Source: Vicugna vicugna (taxonomy: Eukaryota). From it: 64,000 nt of DNA. A program made the translations under genes and the position numbers. Under the pieces are notes generated by a model that was given only the letters and a program-made list of their open reading frames with translations, was not told where the DNA came from and searched no databases. This document shows, one piece after another, positions 25,521-39,200 of the stretch. Within the stretch, counting starts at the first letter, position 1. Every line of letters starts with the position of its first letter. Where the stretch lies: NCBI GenBank assembly GCA_013265495.1, contig MU058531.1:3720911-3784910 (forward strand). Direction: 5' to 3'.

Positions 25521-26110
25521 TTACCCTTTATTCCTCCCTGCTGCAGCTTACCCAGGGAATCTGGCTAACTTGAGAAGAGAAGTAGAATGTATAATTTGAA
25601 AGTTTGTCACATACATTTCCCCACCTAGCCTGTTGAAAATAATTTAAAAAACTGATTCTAAAAACTAGACATTATTATGGTATGTTTGAATATGTGATAA
25701 TATTCCAGTGTATTTTTTTGTATAGTCACATATCTAAGCCACTGCTTCTGTGAAGCCTTTGATTTTATAAACCAAAATATAGTGTGTGCAAATGAATAAC
25801 TGATTATAAATTTTTTATTTAGAATGTTACCCTAAAACTCTAATGGAAAGCAGTTTGTTATAAAAATATACCTGCATTTACCATATGATCTAAGAATTCT
25901 GCTCTTAGGTATTTACCAAGAGAAATGAATGCAGATATCCACACAAAGACTTGAAATGAATATTTATCATAGCTTTTATTCATAGTAGTGCCTAACTGGA
26001 AAACAATCTAAATGTCCTCCACGTGACTAATTGGAACACTATTCACCAATTAAAAGGACTATGTTATTAATACATAGAACAACATGGATGAATAGCAGAA
26101 ATATGCTGAG

Positions 26111-27075
26111 CTGTGTAAACAGCTCATACAACTTAATACCAAAAAACCCAAAAAACTCGATTAAAAAGTGGGAAGAAGTACTGAGTAGACATTTTTACAA
26201 AGAGAAAATACAGATGATCAACAGGCACGTGAAAAGATGCTCAACATTGCTAGTCATCAGGGAAATACAAATCAAAATCACAGTGAGATATCATCTCACA
26301 TCTGTCAGAATGGCTATCATCAAAAAGAATGCAAATAACAAATGTTGGTGATGATGTGGAGAGAAGGGAACCCTCGTACACTCTTGGTGGGAATGTAAAT
26401 TGGTACATTCGCTATGGAAAACAGTATGGAGGTTTCTCAAAAAAATGAAAACGGAACCGCCACATGACCCAGCAATTCCACTCCTGCATGTATATCTGAA
26501 AAAAAACAAAAACACTAATTTGAAAGGATACATGCACCCTAATGTTCATAGCAGCATTGTTTACAATTGCCAAGATACAGAAGCAATCTGAGTGTCCATT
26601 GACAGATGATGACTGGATAAAGATGTAGTCTGTATCTATAATGGAGTACTACTCAGCCATAAAAAATAATAAAATTTTTCCACTTGTAGCAACATGGATG
26701 GACTTAGAGGGCATTATGCTAAGTGAAATAAGTCAAACAGAGAAAGACAAATACTGTATGGTTCACTTGTATGTGGAATCTAAAAAATACAACCAAGCAG
26801 CAAATAAACAAAAAAGCAGACTCACAGAGAACAACTTAGTGGGTACCAGTGGGAAGGGGAGATGGGCAATGTGGGGGTAAAGGATTAAGAGGTACAAACT
26901 ATTAGGTATAAAAAAGCTACAAGGATATATCATATAGCACAGGGAATATAGCCAATATTTTATAGTAACTATAAATGAAGTATAACCTTTAAACTTTGTA
27001 AATCACTGTATTGTACACTTGTAATTTATATAATATTGTACAGCAGCTATACTTCAATTTAAAAAAAAAAAGACA
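26111..27075 (+). mobile_element. L1 ORF2 C-terminus plus 3' UTR, inserted into an older L1 (about 25850-27360)
   Basis: Peptides [56 protein letters not shown]-tail; TSD aaatatgct(g/c)ag. Confidence 0.9.
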
Positions 27076-27655
27076 AAAATATGCTCAGTAAAAGAAGCCA
27101 GGCACAAAAGAATCTATATGAAATTCCTTAAAGGCAACTAACTAATCTACAGTGATAGAAATCAGATATGTGATTGCTTAAATTAGGAGGTTGGTAAATA
27201 TTAAGTGCAAAGGGATCCAAAAGAAAATTTGTGGAATGATGGGAACATTCTGTACCTTGATTGTTGTGTTATACATTTGTCAAAACTCATCAAACTATAC
27301 TCTTAAAATATGTTTGTCCATTTTGTAGTATGAAATTATACCTCAAAAAAGTTGACTGAAAAAGAACTATAGTAAATGAGTTTAACAACCTAGAATTATT
27401 GGCTGAAATCTGACATGTTTAAATAATATATAAACAAATATGTATGACATAAATATGCACACATATTTTTATAACAAATATTAGCAACCTAGATTCTGAT
27501 TCTTTTCTAAGATGCAGAGTTCTTTTCAACCTTTTACTTTTGTAATGTATGAAATGTGAAAGTTGTTAGAAATTCTTTGTGTCTGGCTATAAAAAGGAAG
27601 AAGTCAATAAGCTTAAAAGTTTTCTAAAAATTGACTTAAATTATCTTTTCTCCAG

Positions 27656-27738
27656 AAATCTTCCTGCCAAATCTGTGGAAGAAGCTTTACGTCACCGACA
27701 AGAATATGATGAGATGGTGGCTGAGGCTAAAAAACGAG
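27656..27738 (+). CDS. TBC1D12: TBC1D12 coding exon 4
   Basis: ttctccag / g|gtataa; 83 nt; [27 protein letters not shown]. Confidence 0.96.
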
Positions 27739-28940
27739 GTATAAAATTGAACTCCAATTGGTATATTTAATTTATTGATGTCACTAGGCAATCAACCTCT
27801 TGGTTAATTTCAGCAGGGAGGCAGATAGTGAAATTGACCAAGTCTGTCTTTAAGATGATGCTGATTTTTTATTTTTCTAACTAAAATTGTTCTCAAAGAA
27901 AAATAAAATGTCATACTAGAATCACAGTTTTTCTGTAAGTACTTTTACAAAACTAGTAGGAGGAGAAAGGCAGCAGACTATCTATGAGGGACCTTGTAAA
28001 TACAGTCATAAAACTTGGACTACCATTATCTTAATATATAAATGAAGGTATTATTTGTGAATTTATTCATGAAAATCACTTCTTTTACATTAGGCTTTTG
28101 ATATTGTATAATTTAATAATTTTAACACTTTGCAGTAACTTTGTATATGGTTGTGAGAATATGATTTGGAATTAAAATTTGCTTTTATGACTTACAAAGT
28201 TTCTAGAGTCCCGATTATGTCATTTGGACAGGCATGTAAGTGTGCACTTTTATGTGTATAAATTCACACATTTATTCATTTATTCTCTCTTCAACCAAAA
28301 ATATAAGGATTGCTTAACAATATTTATTTACTAAGCACTATTAATGATATATCTATCATTTCTCTATTTGTGAGGCATTGTGTTCCAAGATTGTAACTTC
28401 TTTTCAGAGGGTTGATGTGTGTATGTGTGTGTGTTAGGGGGATTTTAAAGTTTCCATCTAATTAGCTAAATGAAACATCATACTAAAAAGAGTTCACTGT
28501 AGTAAGAGCTGTTGGCAAAATCTTTTCTTAATGACATGTGGGTTTATGTGAGATAATTCATAAACCCCTTGTATGAAAAAATGGTATTGGTTAGTTGCTA
28601 ACAGTTGTTTATTTTTACATAGTTAATTCATGAAAAATTTCATTCATTGATTAAGTATAAATAGAATATGTGATATAGAAGTCTAGATAAATCATTTTTC
28701 TGAGCTTTTTTCCATTTACTTTTGTAGAATAGATGCTATTTTAAAATAATGTTAAGTTTATTTTCTTTCTCTTATTTCCCTTCCCTCCTTTTCTCTCTCC
28801 TTCCCTTTTGCCTTTCTATCCTTCCTTCCTATTATCAGAGTATTCTTTTTGAGAAAGCCTCTTTTGTAGACTTAGGTAGAAGAAAGGCATTTTAATCTAG
28901 CTCTTTTTGTTTTGAAATAATTTTTACTTGTTTAAAACAG

Positions 28941-29058
28941 AAATTAAAGAAGCACATAAAAGAAAAAAAATAATGAAAGAACGCTTTAAACAGGAAGAAA
29001 ATATTGCAAGTGCAATGGTTATTTGGATCAATGAAATACTACCCAATTGGGAAGTAAT
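28941..29058 (+). CDS. TBC1D12: TBC1D12 coding exon 5
   Basis: aaacag / at|gtaagt; 118 nt; [38 protein letters not shown]. Confidence 0.96.
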
Positions 29059-29699
29059 GTAAGTAAGCAGACTTTTCCTGAATTACAGTCTGTCTCCAAA
29101 GATCTCATGTTTCCAATTCTATGTTTTTACGACTTCTAGCATGTATCTTATGTTTTGGTTAAGTTATACTGTGATTAACCAATGTCTGAAAATTTTCATG
29201 TTTATCTCTGTGCTTTGCTTTTGTAAATCTCTCAGTCTCTAATGCCTACTTCCTTTACTGATCACCCTCTATGCCTGTCAGAATTTTACCTATCATTTGA
29301 GTCCCATCTGAAATACTAGTTGATCTATGAAATCTTTAATTTCATCATCTACCGTATTTTCTTAATTCTAACATACCATCTATTGTAATATGTACTGTTG
29401 ATGCAATAGCAGGCTTTTGGCTAAAAAATATTAAATGTGTACATTCTAAATCTAGTATATATTCATTAAATGTTAAATATTTAAGTGATTTTTAATATGC
29501 TTCTCTCATACTCAGGAGAATATGACACAAATGCTCTTCCCCTTCTTTAATATCCCATTATACTTTGAGAGTGATATCCTTCTTGCCTAACTGCCTTTTA
29601 TTTTTTGATAATATTTTTATATATACCTTATTTTTTTCTCTAGACTGGAGGATAGGCGATGTCTTCTGCAATGCCTAGTGTAGGACATGGATTGGGAAT

Positions 29700-29930
29700 T
29701 TGTTGACTATCTGCAGAGTGTGATAGATATTTTATTAAGCTCTTTATATAAGTAATCACATTTGATTCTTACAACCTTTGCTCCCGTTTATCTTACAGGG
29801 AAGCTCAAGGTGAGAGAGGTTAAGTGATTTGCCCAAGGTTGTATAGTCAGTGAATGGTTAACCAGATTTGAACTCAGCTCTATCTGACTCTAAAGCCCAC
29901 ATTTCTTTCAGTAGACTATGCTGCCTCTCA
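29700..29930 (-). mobile_element. MIR SINE
   Basis: gagaggttaagtgatttgcccaaggt...atttgaactcag. Confidence 0.75.
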
Positions 29931-29983
29931 AAGACTAGGGCTTTGCCCTCAGTAAATACTTTGTGATTTTGTTTTTGGTACTG

Positions 29984-30069
29984 AAATGACAACTTTCCTT
30001 TTATCCTGTTTTTTCATAATTGTCCCAAATGACAACTTTCCTTTTATCCTGTTTTTTCATAATTGTCCC
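29984..30069. repeat. perfect 43-bp tandem duplication
   Basis: aaatgacaactttccttttatcctgttttttcataattgtccc x2. Confidence 0.97.
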
Positions 30070-30356
30070 CATATTTCTGATTCTTTCGTTATATTCTTAG
30101 TGTAAGTGGCAGCTATAGAAGGCTGTTCCTTTTAAATTACTCTTGCCCCTCTTTGGGGTACTATATATTTTTAGGCTTTTTTTTTTTTTTTGCCTACAAG
30201 CATGAACCTAAGGAAAGGATGCATCACATACTTAACTCTCTCTGTTCTGAAAAAAATCATTCAGTCACTTGGCCATAGACTAGATAAACCATCGTGCAGC
30301 TAGTATTTTCGGTATTAAAAGTAACTTTCTCCTTTTTTCTCCCCCTTTAATTCTAG

Positions 30357-30463
30357 GCGTAGTACAAGAAGAGTTCGAGAATTGTGGTGGCAGGGATTGC
30401 CCCCTAGTGTTCGTGGGAAAGTTTGGAGTCTAGCTGTAGGAAATGAACTAAATATCACTCCTG
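30357..30463 (+). CDS. TBC1D12: TBC1D12 coding exon 6 (start of TBC domain)
   Basis: ttctag / g|gtttgt; 107 nt; [35 protein letters not shown]. Confidence 0.96.
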
Positions 30464-30995
30464 GTTTGTATTCTGTATTCAGTTACTCCCACCCATGCAA
30501 ATAGCTATCTCCAGAATTACAAAACAGATTAGTGGATTGGGCATTTGAAAAGGCACTACCATATATGTTATTTTAAGAGCATGCTTCATTCCTCATCCCC
30601 CCTAAAATCTGGTATGATTTAATAAGTTACTATTTTTCATATTCTATAAATAAGATTTGTGGGTTTTCCCTTAGTTTACAACCATCAATAATAATCTTGA
30701 CATCCAAATACCTTAACTGTAGGTAAATTCAACAACTTCTGGGAGTCTAGGTAGCAGTAGTTGAGTAAGTATATCCAAGGAAAAATTATGGTCTAATTGT
30801 GGAACGGTCTCCTCTTTATTCAAAAAAATGTAAATATTGGGGGAAGGCTAGAAATTTCCTTTTTTCCTACCTTTCTTCACAAACCAGTCCTTTTGGATTT
30901 AAAAAAAATTTTTTTAAGTTAACCAAAAACATAAAGAAGTAAGATGGTTCTCAAGGAGTAGTTGTTTTTATTAAGTTTCTTAAAACCTTGAAGGA

Positions 30996-31118
30996 TGGAG
31001 GGGAGGGTATAGCTCAGTGGTAGAGCTGTGCTTAGCATGCATGAGGCCCTGGGTTCAATCCCCAGTGCCTCCATTAAAAATAAAAAAATAATAAATCTAA
31101 TGACCTCCCCCCCAAAAA
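30996..31118 (+). mobile_element. tRNA-derived SINE (camelid Vic-1-like)
   Basis: A box tagctcagtgg, B box ggttcaatcc, A-rich tail; TSD aaaaccttgaagga at 30982-30995 and 31119-31132. Confidence 0.9.
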
Positions 31119-31180
31119 AAAACCTTGAAGGAGAGGAGTAAAATGTAGTATAGTTTTGATGACCTAAAAAAAATTAGATA

Positions 31181-31553
31181 CCCAGGAAGAAAGAAAAATG
31201 CCACATGATATCACTTACATGTGGAATCTAAAAAAAAAAGACAAACTTATTTACAAAACAGAGACAGACTTACAGACAGAAAACAAACTTATGGTTACCA
31301 GGGAGGAAGGAAGTGGGAAGGGATAAACTGGGAGTTTGAGATTTGCAGATATTAACTACTATATATAAAATACGTAAACAACAAGTTCATACTGTATAGC
31401 ACAGGGAACTATATTCAATATCTTATAGTAACTTATGGTTAAAAAGAATATGAAAATGAATATATGTACGTTCCTATATGACTGAAGTATTGTGCTATAC
31501 ACCAGAAATTCACACATTATAAACTGACTATACTTCAATAAAAAATATATTTT
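31181..31553 (+). mobile_element. 5'-truncated L1 3' end
   Basis: atgtggaatctaaaaa...tatacttcaataaaaa; TSD aaaaaattagata at 31168-31180 and 31554-31566. Confidence 0.88.
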
Positions 31554-33069
31554 AAAAAATTAGATAAAATAGGGATAATATCAAATAGGGGAAAATGTAA
31601 AATAGTTAATAATAAAAGGTGCTAAGTGGTCTGAGTGATAAGGATAATGCTAGACAAAGGCACCACAGAAAGACTTAGGGACTCTAGTATAATAATATAA
31701 ATATGTATTGTTATTTAAAATTTTTCATTTACATATTTATTGAAAAAGAGTCAAGCAATAGTAAAATACAAACTGTATGTTTCTTCCCCCTCTTCCACTG
31801 AAACTCCTGTCCTTGATCCTACTATAAGTGCAAGTTAACAATTTGGTATATGTTCTTCCAAATCTTTTTTCTATGCACATAAAAAAGGTGTATATCTACA
31901 TATGGTAATTTTTAAGGCTTCTTTTTTTCTTCCTTTTATTTTATTTTTTTTCCCACAAGAGGCAGTTTGGATTTTAAGGTTATTCTGTGGCTTGCTTTTT
32001 CCACACTGTAATCTATTCTGAACATCCTTCCGTGTCAGTACATACAAATGTACCTTATATGTACTGTAGCTGCACTGTATTCCAGAGTTTGGCTGTACTG
32101 TAATTTATTTAACCATTTTCCTAGCAATAGTGAAATCAAAGACATATATGTTAAAACCACATCAAGATACTGTTTTTTAACTCCTCGAAAGTAATTAAAA
32201 TGAATGAAAATTATCCACATAAAGCATGACTGAAAATAATTCAGAACTATTTATCAAAAACTTTGAAAACATAACCTGTGACCCATTCATTCCAGTTTTA
32301 ACACTCTAAGTAAATAAATAATTAGGATTGGGTACAAAAACTTTTCCACAAGGATATTCATTGCAGCAACCAACATTATATATAGTTGGAATGAACTTAT
32401 AACAAATACCTAATATTTACTTTTAGTCTTAAAAATGATACCAACTTTGAACAGCGTTATCATGTATGATTTATAAAATTGATTTTCACAAATATCCTGT
32501 AATGAATATGTCATTTTAACTGGACCTTTTTTCAATTAAAAAAATTAGAATTTAAAGGAAGAATCAAGTTTTAATTTAAACTTAGGTATTGTAATAGTTT
32601 GAAGTCTTAGGAATCGGTTTTGCATACAGGTGAGATGATGAAGTATTGGTGGCTATTTTAAGTTTTGTTTACAATTTTGTTTTGTTGAGAACTTTGGCTT
32701 TACAATGTTAGGTGTCCTACTCACTCAGACATTAAAATACTGGTTAAGTTGATATTAACCTTTTGTGATACTATAATCAAAAAATTCTTTTAAGCTTGAA
32801 ATTTATAAGGTTTGAAATAACTGGGTGATTTATTTTCAAAGTAATGTTAGGTTTTCTCTGCTAAACAATTATGTATTCAGGAATGGAATGAGTACTCATT
32901 CTCTTCTTTAGTGATGAGAAGGAAGCTAAATTTCGATTGAAGTAAATTTACTTTGGATAACCTTGTTTATTACTTTCAGTGGCTCTACTGGTGACTCTAT
33001 ACCTATTGTATTGGTTTTAATCATGAAATTTATAACCATCTGAAAATAATAACTGAGAATAAGTATTCT

Positions 33070-33220
33070 AAAGTCAGTCAAATGTGGTTCAAATCTTGGT
33101 TCCACTATATAATAGGTTTTTGACCTTGGGCAAATTACTTAACATCTGGAAGTCTTAGTTTTCTTCATCTGTAAATAGAGGTAAGATTATTAGCTATCTC
33201 AAAGGAGTGTTCTAACAGTT
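33070..33220 (+). mobile_element. MIR SINE
   Basis: tgaccttgggcaaattacttaacatct...ttcatctgtaaa. Confidence 0.75.
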
Positions 33221-33589
33221 ATTTTTGAAAAGAAACATAAAATTATAGTGAAAGTGAAATTTGCTGAGAGTGTATACAAATCATTATTGTCAGAAAATCA
33301 GAAAGTGAAACATATACTGATCTCAGAATATTCTCTGTTCAAGCCCAAGATACTTCTTTAAGTCTGCTTCAAGCTCTACATTGGTAGATACAAAATAAAA
33401 TGTGTGACATATGGAGTCAAGAGTGGAATTGAACTGAGATGCAGATAATCTTACTATAGATGAGCACTGTAAATCTTTCCTGGAGAAGTGTCCTTTGATA
33501 TTTTGAAATGCATTACCACATTTTTATTATTGGATCAATTTTGTGACTTTCAAAGGTGATCTTGGTTAACCTTTCTTCTTCCAAGACAG

Positions 33590-33720
33590 ATTGTTGTTTG
33601 TTTGTTTTGGAGGGGAGGTAATTACGTTTATTTATTTATTTAATGGAGGTACTGGGGATTGAACCCAGGACCTTGTGCGTGCTAGGCATGCACTCTACCA
33701 CTGAGCTACACCCTCTCCCC
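33590..33720 (-). mobile_element. Vic-1-like SINE
   Basis: ggggattgaacccagg...ctaccactgagcta; short TSD aagacag. Confidence 0.88.
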
Positions 33721-34829
33721 GAAGACAGTTTTGAAATTTGAATAGAATAATGAATCTGGACATAGCTTGGAATCAGTTTGAAATCAAAAAGCACAAACTT
33801 CAATTTGGTACTTGGTAACTACAAAAAAATTGTATATCTAAATTTTAAGATTATATCTACCTCATATATCAAATCATTGACGGAGCTGGGCACAGATAAT
33901 GGAAAAAAATTTTTTTAATTTCATCTTTCCAAACCATTCCTAGAAATGGAAAGTGAACAGAAGGGAGAAGGGATCAGAATAGAGTCTTTGAAATATATCT
34001 AGTCAACTATTTTATAATGATCTGGTTCTTGGCAATATAAGAGTACTCATTATGGTACAGTCATACATTGGGATACTGTGCGGTTGTTAAAAAAAAAACC
34101 TAAAGCAGATTTATTTTACTGATATGGAATAACTTCCAATATGATAAATCAAGACACAGATCAGTGCATTTAATATGTTGCCACTTTTTTTTTTAAAGGA
34201 AACTATATAAATGCTTGTGGATGCTTGTGTTTATTTTTAGAGCTTTAGTAAGAATAGGTGCATTGGAGGGAAGGAAATTTATTTTTCACTCTATACTGTT
34301 TTGTACTGTTTGAATTTTAAAAAAAATCATGTTCATGTATTATCTTTAAAAACAAATACATTTTTTAAAAAGATTCATTGAAGCAAAAAATGTTCTTGAT
34401 ATTTGGGACAATATATAAATGTTGGTGTGTGGGCAAGAAATATTTTTTCCTGTTTTGTCATTGAAATTTACTATTTTTATGTACACCAGAACTAATACAA
34501 CATTGTAAATCAAGTATACTTCAATTTTAAAAAAGTGAAAAATAAACTATAGTATCTGCACTGTTTAGTTAGAAAGTAGGAACAATTAAAATTTGAGAAC
34601 TGAGGGAAAATGTTTAGTTTTTTCTGTTCTTGACATTTTAATCAGATTCTGCATTTGGAAGCACAGAGTGGCATTCTCAGAAAGTGATCAGGCACTTGAA
34701 GAAAAAAGATAGGGGTAGAGATTTTTGTATGTAGACCCTCTGGCCAAATCTGTGTAAAGTTCGGTAGCTTCAGATAGCAATATTATAATGGAGAAACTAG
34801 TTTCAAGAGAGAAGGAAATCAAGAACTAG

Positions 34830-35060
34830 CATTTATTGAGGGTCTGTAAGGTGTCAGGAGCTTTATGTAAATTATCTTGTTTAATCATCTGTAACCCCAT
34901 GAGGAGGTGTTATTTTTCTCCAGTTTACAGATGAAGAAAGCCACATTTGAAAGTGATCAAGTAACTTTCTTGAAGTTCCACAGGTAGTAAGTGGCAGAGC
35001 TGGAATTTTAATCTAGGTATGACTGACTCAAAAAAAAAAACCACGTTTCTGCTGTACTAC
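34830..35060 (-). mobile_element. MIR SINE
   Basis: tttacagatgaagaaa...agtaagtggcagagctggaattt. Confidence 0.75.
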
Positions 35061-35345
35061 AATGATGCTACTTTAGCAGAAGCATCTCTTCCTGCCTCTT
35101 ACATACATTCTGTATCGTAGCTATTTGGATGACCACTCTGCAGTGTTCTTCTTTGCCTTTTTGGTTGTGTAATGAAGTTTTGGTAGAATCAGATACTTTA
35201 GTTTGCCACATTTTTGATGCCTGCTACATAAGGGAGACCTGACCTTATAATAGGATTTTCCTTTTTCTTTTTAAGAGTAGAAATAAAAATATGTAAATAA
35301 ATTTCTTTCCTACTATTTATGAGTTTTTGTTCTTTTTTCCCCCAG

Positions 35346-35426
35346 AGCTTTATGAAATCTTCCTCTCAAGAGCAAAAGAACGTTGGAAAAGCTTCAGTGA
35401 AGCAAGTTCAGAGAATGATATAGAAG
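35346..35426 (+). CDS. TBC1D12: TBC1D12 coding exon 7
   Basis: ccccag / g|gtgtga; 81 nt; [26 protein letters not shown]. Confidence 0.95.
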
Positions 35427-36499
35427 GTGTGATTTTTTTTTCTTTTCAATAAAAATTTCTCGAAAATCCAGTTGCTGAGGTAATAGTGTGATTCCATGTG
35501 TCAGGAACTGTAGTAATTCTTAAGTAGGTGGTATTATCCTGAATGATGTAAGAGGAAATTGAGGCTCAGAACAGTTAAATTGTAAACAGTGAAGGTGTAA
35601 TGTAAACCCAGATTGTTGGACCCCAGAGACCAGGATTTAATCACAACGATAAGACTAATGGGGTGCTGTATTTTTAGGCCAACTCTTACTTCACTTAAAG
35701 ACAGATGATATTTACATCTCACTTGTGACCTCTTGTCTCCCCACTCACTGACTTTAATTCACTCTCTACTATATTATTTATAATTCTATGTTGTACCTTA
35801 ACCTTTTTTTCATTTAATTCACACATAGATGTCATCTTTCCCTCTAATCTCATTAGTTTTTTTCCTAGTCATTTTGGGGAAAACAAGAACAGTTTTTTTC
35901 CTGTCATCATAGTTTATTAAAGTTAGGTACATTAATTCAGTTATCTCTTGTCCTTGAGTAAAGGAGAGCTGTTTGTCTGCTAGTCACTTTTCTTTCTACT
36001 TCATAAAAAGCAAATTTTTCCCTTGCCTGTAAGTAAAACTCTAGAAGTGAACGAATGTGGTTTAGGATAGAGAAATGGTACACATCTTAAGTGGTTTTCT
36101 ATGAGTATCTAAACAACTCTGTTAAATTCCTTGAATACTCTTTTTTTCTACTTTAGAAAAGTGAACAGTAGGGTGGGGAAAATTGACTAAAAAAGGTTAG
36201 GGAGAAGACTTGATTTCTTGACTCATCCCATGACCTATTAGCTATGTAGCTATGTCTGCTATTTATGGGAAACTAAAAGTATAAGGAAGAAGATATAAGA
36301 AGTTTTAATTGGCAGGGTCTCAGCCTGAGTTTTAAACTCATTTTTAAAAAGTATTAAAAGTATAAGAATTAAAATTATAAGCATTTACTTCTGAGGCATT
36401 TTGCCATGATTAAATGGTTAAAGTTACACTTTAGTAGGAATTAAATATAAATGAAGAATTTTTTCAGTCAGAAGCACTGTTCTATTGAAATTGTTGATT

Positions 36500-37860
36500 T
36501 CTTATTCCTGAGTGTTTATAATTTGCAGTTGTCATTTAACTTTTTTGGTCATTATCTTTTCAAATATTCTGCCTTATCTCTCATCTCCTTCTGGGACTTT
36601 GATTGTATGTATATTAGACCATTTAGCAGTGTCACATAAGTCTCATACTATTTTTTAAAAATTATTTTTCTTTCTATGCTTCAGTTTAGATGATTTTTAT
36701 AATCAAGTACATGAATCCTCTCTTCTCATATCTATTAGATATGTCTGTTAAATATGTCCAATGAGTCTTTAAGTTCAGATATTGTATTTTGTAATTCTAG
36801 AATGTCTACCTGCTTCTTTCGTAGAGTCTATTTTCTGTGGAAATTCTTCATCTTTCTATCCCATACATTTCCCCCTTCATTTTCTCTGTTTCCTTTAACA
36901 TTTATAACAGTTAATATTCTTGTTTGTTAATTCAGAAATGCAAGTCTGCTTCTATTGGCTGGTTTTCCCCTTGATTATTAAGTCATATTTTCCTGATTCT
37001 TTACATATCTTAAAATTTTAAATTGTATGTCAGTCATTACATATGAAAGGAATGTATAAACTGAAGCTAATGTTTCCGCTGCAGAGGGCACATGCTCTTT
37101 TCTGTTAGGCAGTGGACTTATTACCTCAGTTCAGTCAGTAACCTGAACTAAGCTGGGGCAAGATTGCAGCTTTAGATAGATTTCATTCGTTTTTTTTTTA
37201 ATTTTTATTTTTAAATTTTGTTTTGGGGGAAGTAATTAGGTATTTATTTAATGGAGGTACTGGGGGTTGAACCCAGGACTTTGTGCATGCTAGGCACACA
37301 CTCTACCCCTGAGCTATATACCCTTCCCCAGATTTAGTTCATCTTGATTTTCAAATTTGTTGATGGGAAGAACTTTATTTTGATTACAGCCCCCTCCCCC
37401 CAAGACATTCTCCCAAGGACCATGTGATTTAGGATGATTTCATTCTGCCTCCCCTGCCCAGCCTCCTGCACTACAGTAGCACTCAGTTTTCAAAAGTCCC
37501 ACAGGGGAAAACTAAATACACATTCAGTCTCTTCCAGGTCTTATCTCTCACATCAGACTTAATGTGGCCATAAAAAGCTCTCTGGTTTCTCCTTCCCCAC
37601 CAGAATACCTATGTCATTGGCAAGCTTAGTCCTGAGCCCCTGCCCAGACTTGGCAGGTGCCCCTAGAAAGAAAAATGGCCACTGGTGTCCCCTCACTTGG
37701 GAAAGGAAAGAATATTCTTTCTGGGATTTAAAACCTCTTTGTCCACAGCTCTCTTGTCTTTTTTAAAATATATAATATTTGAAATGTATTTGTTTTGTCC
37801 TAGTTGTTATTGTGGGAGCAATAGTCTTTGCCCACCTTCTATTAAATCTGAAAGCAGATT
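36500..37860 (-). mobile_element. old L1/HAL1 5'-region remnant hosting a SINE
   Basis: Decayed antisense ORF1-like sequence, similar in character to 24225-25520. Confidence 0.45.
37190..37329 (-). mobile_element. Vic-1-like SINE
   Basis: gggggttgaacccagg...ctgagctata; degenerate TSD agattt..ttc. Confidence 0.88.
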
Positions 37861-38076
37861 CAGTGTGTAACTTTCTGATAAATTTTTAGTTACTTTCTTC
37901 ATATTAAGGGCTCTAAGTTTTACCAAAAGCTATGTGTCACTTCTTGAAATTTCTTGATTATTCAACTTTCATCTTTCCTTAAGTAACATATCTGCTATGT
38001 GATCATTCTGTGTTTACAAGATTGGATTTGGTATAGTCAAGTAATCATTCAAATTTTTTCTGCCTGGCAAATGCAG

Positions 38077-38165
38077 GTGTATCTGTTGCTGATCGAGAAG
38101 CCAGTTTGGAATTAATTAAGCTGGACATATCTCGTACATTTCCATCTCTCTACATCTTTCAGAAG
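38077..38165 (+). CDS. TBC1D12: TBC1D12 coding exon 8 (arginine finger IxxDxxR)
   Basis: atgcag / aag|gtgaga; 89 nt; [29 protein letters not shown]. Confidence 0.96.
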
Positions 38166-38293
38166 GTGAGAGTTTCTAACCAGCTTGTAACTACTATTTT
38201 TTTAAATCCAAGAGAACAGGCAAAACTATAAAAATGAGGGACATTTAAATAAAGTAAAACTAGTAGGAAAATTTTAAGGCATTTCTATTATTT

Positions 38294-38396
38294 TTGTTTA
38301 TTTTTGTTTTTATTTAATGGAGGTACTAGGGATTGAACCTAGGACCTTGTGCATGCTAAGCACACACTCTACCACTGAGCTGTACCCTCCCCTCCC
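38294..38396 (-). mobile_element. Vic-1-like SINE (short-tail form)
   Basis: TSD tctattattt at 38284-38293 and 38397-38406. Confidence 0.88.
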
Positions 38397-39128
38397 TCTA
38401 TTATTTGATTCCACTGATTGAATGCATTGCAGTTAGCATAGCACATAAAGATGCTTGATGAATTTTCACTGAGGTGAGTTTCTTTGTTTTATTTTTATTC
38501 TGTAACATATTTGAATTTTAACATTTTTGCCTAGTAAATTGTTAAAATATGAAGGAGTTTGTTCCAAAACTTAAACGTTTTCACAATCACTATTGAAATG
38601 GGAAGAAGTGGTTAATTTCTTGTGCAGTGGCTGTTATAAAGTAGCTTATACTTTATGAGGAGAGAAATAATTACATTTTATATGTATATATGACTCAAGC
38701 CTTTGTTCATGGAATTCTTCTATTTTAGGTTGATAAAATGAGATTAAAATTTTTATCATTAAGATTAAATTATTGATAAACTTAATTTAGTGTAGCTTGA
38801 TGGTTTTCTTTTGCTGAAATTGTATCAAATAAAACAATCTTTTATACTCTTATTATACCAAATATAGACATCTTTAAAATTGTACACAAACTGTATAGCT
38901 TGTGTCCATTAAATGAGTTTATTTGGTTTTTGTTATTCACAATGAAATATTTTTTATCCATTCCTTAGAAAACTTTTTGGCAGAGTGCATTTAGAGTATT
39001 TTTGACAATGATTAAATATACTAAAACTAGTCATTTAGGAAGTATAAAGTTTATTAACATGTATTTTGAGAATTAACTTGCAGACAATTATTTGTATAGT
39101 TTGACATTTCATTTTTCTCTTCTCTAAG

Positions 39129-39200
39129 GGTGGCCCATATCATGATGTCTTACATAGTATATTAGGGGCATATACATGTTACAGACCTGATGTTGGTTAT
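39129..39200 (+). CDS. TBC1D12: TBC1D12 coding exon 9
   Basis: ctctaag / tat|gtaagt; 72 nt; [24 protein letters not shown]. Confidence 0.96.

Noticed and set aside
26031..26880. Cluster of ORFs as a gene
   Set aside because: Frameshifted pieces of the L1 ORF2 C-terminus
27579..27770. Stand-alone 63-aa ORF
   Set aside because: TBC1D12 exon 4 with intronic read-through on both sides
29984..30069. CRISPR-like or prokaryotic repeat array
   Set aside because: Two abutting copies with no spacer in a mammalian intron; no cas-like ORFs anywhere in the window
30996..31075. tRNA gene calls for the tagctcagtggtagag...ggttcaatcc elements
   Set aside because: They have A-rich tails and TSDs and occur as seven diverged copies, so they are SINEs rather than tRNAs
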